64,000 nucleotides of DNA from assembly GCA_028822585.1 (NCBI GenBank), contig JAPKDL010000008.1, positions 1,256-65,255 of the forward strand, written 5' to 3'. The DNA comes from Alphaproteobacteria bacterium (lineage in GTDB: Bacteria; Pseudomonadota; Alphaproteobacteria; UBA8366; GCA-2717185). The notes under the pieces were generated by a model that saw nothing but the letters and a program-made list of their open reading frames with translations, made no database searches and had not been told where the DNA came from. Below are positions 59,620-64,000 of the stretch, in pieces. Numbering within the stretch: position 1 is the first letter of the stretch; the number at the start of each line of letters is the position of its first letter. The translations under genes and the position numbers were made by a program.

Positions 59620-61716
59620 ATGGCGAACACCATGGCGGAAGGTGCAAAACTAGCGGTCGATATTGGCGGAACTTTTACCGATGTCGTGGTAGAATGGGCG
59701 GGACAACAAAAAAGCATCAAGGTGCTGACGACGACCCAGGCGCCCGAAGAAGGCGTGATCGAAGGCGTTCGTGCGGTTTTGGACACTGCGGGTGTGACGC
59801 CTGAATCGGTCCAACTGGCGATCCATGGCACGACGCTCGCCACCAATGCGTTGATTGAACGAAAGGGTGCGAAGACGGCGTTGATCACGACGGACGGGTT
59901 TCGGGACTCTATCGAAATCGCCTACGAGCACCGATTCGACCAATATGACTTGTATATGGAGCGCCCGCCGACCTTGACGCCGCGTCATCTACGTTTTGGC
60001 GTGCCGGAACGCGTGGCTGCGGACGGTTCGGTGTTGATGGGCTTGGATGAGGCGGCGTTGAAGGCTTTGATCCCGGTGTTGGCGGCGGAAAACGTTGAAG
60101 CCTTGGCGATCTGTTTTCTGCATTCCTACATAAACGCCGACCATGAATGCCGCGCCCGGGAAATTTTATCAGTGGGATTGCCGGATGTGCCGATTACGTT
60201 GTCGTCCGATGTCTGTCCCGAAATTCGCGAATACGACCGTATGTCCACGACCTGTGCCAACGCCTATGTCCAGCCTTTGATGGCGGGATATCTGCAACGT
60301 CTGGCGGATGCTCTTGAGGTGATGGGCGTAAAATGCCCGCTGTTGTTAATGATGTCGAGCGGCGGCGTCACGACGGTGGAGACCGCGATGGCGAATCCCA
60401 TTCGTTTGGTGGAATCTGGGCCTGCGGGTGGCGCGATCCTGGCCCAGCATATCGCGGCGGAAAATGGGCTTGCTAAGGTGTTGTCGTTTGATATGGGCGG
60501 GACGACGGCGAAGATCACTCTGATCGACGATCAGCAACCGCAATTGTCGCGTTCGTTCGAAGTGGCGCGGATGCACCGGTTTCTTAAAGGCAGTGGCCTA
60601 CCGATTCGAATTCCGGTTATCGACATGGTAGAAATTGGCGCTGGTGGGGGTTCCATCGCGAGCCTTGATGAATTGAACCGCATATTCGTTGGTCCGGAAA
60701 GCGCAGGATCAACGCCAGGTCCGGCCTGTTATGGCCAGGGCGGTACGGCGGCGACGGTGACCGACGCGGATGTCATTATTGGGCGTATTGACCCGATGCA
60801 TTTCGCGGGCGGCAAGGTGACATTGGACATCGATGCCGCGGCCAAAGCCGTAGATGCGTCTATAGGCGGCGCGCTGGGCGTTTCCATCATGGCGGCGGCG
60901 GCGGGGATCGACGAAATCGTCAACGAGAACATGGCTAACGCCGCACGGGTTCACGCCATTGAAAACGGCAAGGAAACGCATGGCCGGACGCTGGTAGCGT
61001 TTGGCGGTGCCGCGCCGTTGCACGCGGCGCGGTTGGCGGAAAAACTGGGAGTTGAGCGCGTGATCGTGCCGAGGGGCGCTGGCGTCGGGTCGGCGGTCGG
61101 CTTCTTGCGGGCGCCAATTGGGTATGAAGTGGTGCGCACCCGCTACATGGATATGCGCAACTTCGACGCCGCGCGGATTAACTCGGTTTTCGAAGAAATG
61201 CGCGCTGAAGCCGAAGCGGTGGTTCGGACCGGCGCGCCAATCGGTGATTTAACCGAAACTCGCACTGCCTTTATGCGGTATCGCGGGCAGGGTCATGAAA
61301 TTACGGTAGATTTGCCGATTAGAGCTTATCAAGCGGAAGACGAAGGTATGTTCCAGAACGCCTTCGACGAGTCCTACAAGGAGCTGTTCTCGCGGATCAT
61401 TCCGAACCTGACCGTGGAAGTTTTGACCTGGACCTTATCGCTCTCCACGGATCCGTCCTTGCCCAAACCGGTAGAGGCGCCATCGGCGTCGGCGCCGGGC
61501 GTCCCACAAGGGGAACGCACCGTCTTCGACGCTGTGTCGGGCCAGAACGTGATGACGCCGGTGTATAGTCGAACATCGCTTGAACCTGGCGCGACATTGG
61601 CGGGACCGGCGATCATCGTTGAAGATGAAACATCAACTCTGGTAACGGCAGGGTTTGACGCCGCCATTAACAGTTTGGGACAGATTGTGTTGACGAAGAA
61701 AGGCGCCGCCTCATGA
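59620..61716 (+). CDS. Hydantoinase/oxoprolinase family, A (HyuA-like) subunit
   Basis: LAVDIGGTFTDVV N-terminus with ASKHA-fold motifs (FDMGGTTAK). Alternative start at 59632. Confidence 0.9.
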   Translation: MANTMAEGAKLAVDIGGTFTDVVVEWAGQQKSIKVLTTTQAPEEGVIEGVRAVLDTAGVTPESVQLAIHGTTLATNALIERKGAKTALITTDGFRDSIEIAYEHRFDQYDLYMERPPTLTPRHLRFGVPERVAADGSVLMGLDEAALKALIPVLAAENVEALAICFLHSYINADHECRAREILSVGLPDVPITLSSDVCPEIREYDRMSTTCANAYVQPLMAGYLQRLADALEVMGVKCPLLLMMSSGGVTTVETAMANPIRLVESGPAGGAILAQHIAAENGLAKVLSFDMGGTTAKITLIDDQQPQLSRSFEVARMHRFLKGSGLPIRIPVIDMVEIGAGGGSIASLDELNRIFVGPESAGSTPGPACYGQGGTAATVTDADVIIGRIDPMHFAGGKVTLDIDAAAKAVDASIGGALGVSIMAAAAGIDEIVNENMANAARVHAIENGKETHGRTLVAFGGAAPLHAARLAEKLGVERVIVPRGAGVGSAVGFLRAPIGYEVVRTRYMDMRNFDAARINSVFEEMRAEAEAVVRTGAPIGDLTETRTAFMRYRGQGHEITVDLPIRAYQAEDEGMFQNAFDESYKELFSRIIPNLTVEVLTWTLSLSTDPSLPKPVEAPSASAPGVPQGERTVFDAVSGQNVMTPVYSRTSLEPGATLAGPAIIVEDETSTLVTAGFDAAINSLGQIVLTKKGAAS

Positions 61717-63431
61717 GTGAAATGGATCAAATCAGGTTTCAGGTTATGTGGAACCGCTTGTTGTCGGTGGTCGAAGAACAGGCCCAAACCTTGGTGCGCA
61801 CCGCGTTCAGCACATCGGCGCGTGAAGCCGGAGATGTGTCGGCAGGGGTCTTTGATTTGGACGGCCAGATGTTGGCGCAGGCGGTGACTGGAACGCCGGG
61901 GCATATCAATTCGATGGCCCGTGCGGTGATCCATTTTCTGAAAGTGTTTCCAAGCGACACGATGCAGGAGGGCGATACCTACATCACCAACGATCCCTGG
62001 AAGGGAACCGGGCATTTGCACGATTTTACCGTGGTTTCCCCGACCTTTAAGGATGGCGTAATGGTGGCATTGTTTGCTTCCACCAGCCATGTGGTGGATA
62101 TCGGCGGTATCGGGCAGTCGCCGGACGGAAAACAGATCTATCATGAAGGGTTGTTCATCCCCATCATGCCGCTGGCGACGCGTGGGGTAATGAATGAATG
62201 GCTGTTGAATTTGGTGCGCGCTAATGTCCGCGAACCGGTACAGGTCGAAGGCGACATTTATGCGCTGGCGGCGTGTAATGAGACCGGATCGCGCCGGTTG
62301 TTGGCCATGATGCGGGAATATGACTTGGAGTCGCTGGATGAACTGGGCGCACATATCATCGACACCAGCCGTGTCGGCATGGAAAAGGCGATTAACGACA
62401 TGCCGAAAGGGTCCTGGACCCACACCATGCGTATCGACGGGTACGAATCGCCGATTGATCTGACGGCGACATTGACCATCGGCGACGGTGAAATCGTCGT
62501 TGATTATACCGGGTCGTCGGGCACGTCGTCTTACGGCATTAATTGTCCGATGTGTTACACGGAAGCCTATACCGCATTCGGCGTTAAATGTGTCGTGGCT
62601 CCAAAAATTCCCAACAATGCGGGAACGCTGGACGCGATCAAGGTGACCGCCCCGGAAAACACCATCGTCAATGCGCCGCACCCCCATGCGGTCGTGGCGC
62701 GCGCGACCATCGGCCATATGCTGCCGGATGTCACCTTTGGGTGCTTGCATCAGGCGATGCCTGATGTGGTGCCGGCGGAAGGCACGTCGAATTTGTGGAC
62801 GGTCAAACTGGGCGCCGGGCATGGCATGACGATGACCGGGTCGAATGAGGGGACGTGGACGCCGTTCATGGTCAACAGTTTCCACAGCGGTGGCGCGGGC
62901 GCGCGCCCGCGCCAGGACGGATTGTCGGCGACACCGTTCCCCAGCGGCGTCCGCAATGTACCTGTTGAAATTACTGAAGCGATCACGCCGGTGGTGTTTT
63001 GGCGCAAGGAGTTCAGACAAAATTCAGGCGGTCCGGGGAAGCGGCGCGGTGGATTGGGACAGACTATGGAAATCTCCAACCGTGAAGCGGCGCCGTTTGG
63101 TATTTTCGCCACCTTTGAACGGGTCCATTATCCCGCGCGTGGTCGTGAAGGCGGAGCGCCCGGTGCCAATGGCCGGGTCCGGCTGGGTTCTGGGACTGAT
63201 TTGAAAAACAAAGGCTTCCAGATGATCCCGGCGGGCGACCGCCTGATTATCGAAATGCCCGGCGGCGGCGGTTATGGCGGGGCGATGGATCGAGATCCGG
63301 AAAGCGTTGCGGCGGATGTGAAAAGCCAACTCATTTCCCCTGAAGCCGCGGCGGCGGATTACGGCGTCATCGTGTCGGTGGACGGTGTTTTGGACGGAGT
63401 GGCGACGGTGGCAAAACGCCAATCGACGTGA
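61713..63431 (+). CDS. Hydantoinase B/oxoprolinase family, B (HyuB-like) subunit
   Basis: FQVMWNRLLSVVEEQ..., ITNDPW.GTGHL. 4-nt ATGA overlap with hyuA-like. Confidence 0.9.
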   Translation: MSEMDQIRFQVMWNRLLSVVEEQAQTLVRTAFSTSAREAGDVSAGVFDLDGQMLAQAVTGTPGHINSMARAVIHFLKVFPSDTMQEGDTYITNDPWKGTGHLHDFTVVSPTFKDGVMVALFASTSHVVDIGGIGQSPDGKQIYHEGLFIPIMPLATRGVMNEWLLNLVRANVREPVQVEGDIYALAACNETGSRRLLAMMREYDLESLDELGAHIIDTSRVGMEKAINDMPKGSWTHTMRIDGYESPIDLTATLTIGDGEIVVDYTGSSGTSSYGINCPMCYTEAYTAFGVKCVVAPKIPNNAGTLDAIKVTAPENTIVNAPHPHAVVARATIGHMLPDVTFGCLHQAMPDVVPAEGTSNLWTVKLGAGHGMTMTGSNEGTWTPFMVNSFHSGGAGARPRQDGLSATPFPSGVRNVPVEITEAITPVVFWRKEFRQNSGGPGKRRGGLGQTMEISNREAAPFGIFATFERVHYPARGREGGAPGANGRVRLGSGTDLKNKGFQMIPAGDRLIIEMPGGGGYGGAMDRDPESVAADVKSQLISPEAAAADYGVIVSVDGVLDGVATVAKRQST

Positions 63432-63463
63432 TTAGATGAGATGATCAGAAAAGGATCGCAGAA

Positions 63464-64000
63464 ATGGCAAATGAAATTGAGCCGGTATCCGGACCCCAAG
63501 TGTGGCGGGGCTCTGATATGGAAGGGCGCGTGAATGAATGGCGTCAGGAAATGACACCGGAACATATCACCGAACTAGACGCTGCGGTTGAGGCGGTTTT
63601 GGAGAGTGGGCAGGACATTGTCGATATCCGCAAGGATGACTTTCCACTGCCGAGCCTTGGTAAGATTCTGGATAAAATTCGCGGCGATGTTCTGTCGGGT
63701 CGGGGTTTTTCCTTGTTGGGTGGCGTTCCGGTGGATCGCTACGATATCAAGCGCTCTGGAATTGCCTATTTCGGCATTGGGGCGCATTTCGGAGAACGGG
63801 TGTCGCAAAACGCCAAAGGTCACGCGTTGGGTCATGTGCGCAATCTTGGTTTTGATTACGGTCGGGCGTTGACGCGCGGCTATCAGACGAATTCGCATTT
63901 GCCTTACCATACGGACGCGTCGGATGTGGTGGCTTTGCTCTGCTTGCAACCCAGTATATCCGGCGGTCTCAGCAGCATCATTAGTTCTGGGGCGCTGTTT
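63464..64000 (+). CDS. TauD/TfdA-like Fe(II)/2-oxoglutarate dioxygenase, 5' part (runs off the window)
   Basis: My own translation from ATG 63464 (AAGGA 8 nt upstream) stays open for 179 codons to the window edge. It contains LPYHTDASD (HxD). Confidence 0.7.
   Translation, partial: MANEIEPVSGPQVWRGSDMEGRVNEWRQEMTPEHITELDAAVEAVLESGQDIVDIRKDDFPLPSLGKILDKIRGDVLSGRGFSLLGGVPVDRYDIKRSGIAYFGIGAHFGERVSQNAKGHALGHVRNLGFDYGRALTRGYQTNSHLPYHTDASDVVALLCLQPSISGGLSSIISSGALF

Noticed and set aside
61374-63020. 548-aa ORF antisense to the hyuB-like gene
   Set aside because: Its translation is Arg/His/Gly/Pro-rich low-complexity sequence with no family resemblance. It lies entirely opposite a gene with clear HyuB homology. 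Long antisense ORFs like this are the usual artefact of GC-rich coding DNA.
1-64000. Search for CRISPR arrays, tRNA/rRNA genes, IS elements, integrases, toxin-antitoxin or known defence-system genes
   Set aside because: I found no spaced direct repeats, no cloverleaf-capable intergenic segment and no transposase, integrase, nuclease or helicase-like ORF. The intergenic regions are too short, apart from 1384-2233 and 11385-11848, which lack such features.

Overview
This is a dense, almost fully protein-coding chromosomal window with about 56 CDS on both strands and many start/stop overlaps. The protein content resembles a marine or soil alphaproteobacterium-like organism, but that is inference only. 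I could run no BLAST or HMM search, so every family call rests on motifs I read in the translations.

I recognised no rRNA, tRNA, CRISPR array, transposase, integrase or phage gene. MarR is the only transcription factor I could identify.

The content is mostly transport and CoA-thioester or oxygenase catabolism:
- A TctC-like binding protein and a TctA-TctB fusion.
- A PhnCDE-type ABC importer, three MFS transporters, EmrAB, ACR3 and TauE.
- Three family-III CoA-transferases, two crotonases, two hotdog proteins, an acyl-CoA dehydrogenase and a DUF35 plus SCPx-type thiolase pair.
- Three TauD-type dioxygenases, a Rieske oxygenase, an LLM oxidoreductase, HyuA/HyuB, and three CoxL/XDH-type molybdopterin subunits.

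The most interesting observations are:
1. 39.4-44.0 kb holds a tight three-gene module. It encodes a double-hotdog protein, a 5-TM protein with two H-x13-H helices (candidate di-haem cytochrome b), and a 996-aa polypeptide. That polypeptide fuses a four-cluster DmsB-type ferredoxin N-terminally to a bis-MGD catalytic subunit and has no Tat signal. I do not recognise this architecture as a described enzyme complex.
2. 6.0-11.4 kb holds an EgtB-like/SenA-like gene head-to-head with a SenB-like glycosyltransferase, next to a PhnCDE-like importer. This is a candidate selenoneine and selenium-uptake island that lacks selD and egtD in the window.
3. Three Mo-hydroxylase large subunits have no FeS or FAD partner genes. 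One is followed by a MoaD/ThiS-like Gly-Gly protein and one is coupled to a DUF4392 protein.
4. An HPF/RaiA gene is split by a frameshift.
5. An AT-rich 0.8-kb gene-free spacer ends in a strong plus-strand intrinsic terminator.
6. Several convergent gene pairs share overlapping stop codons.
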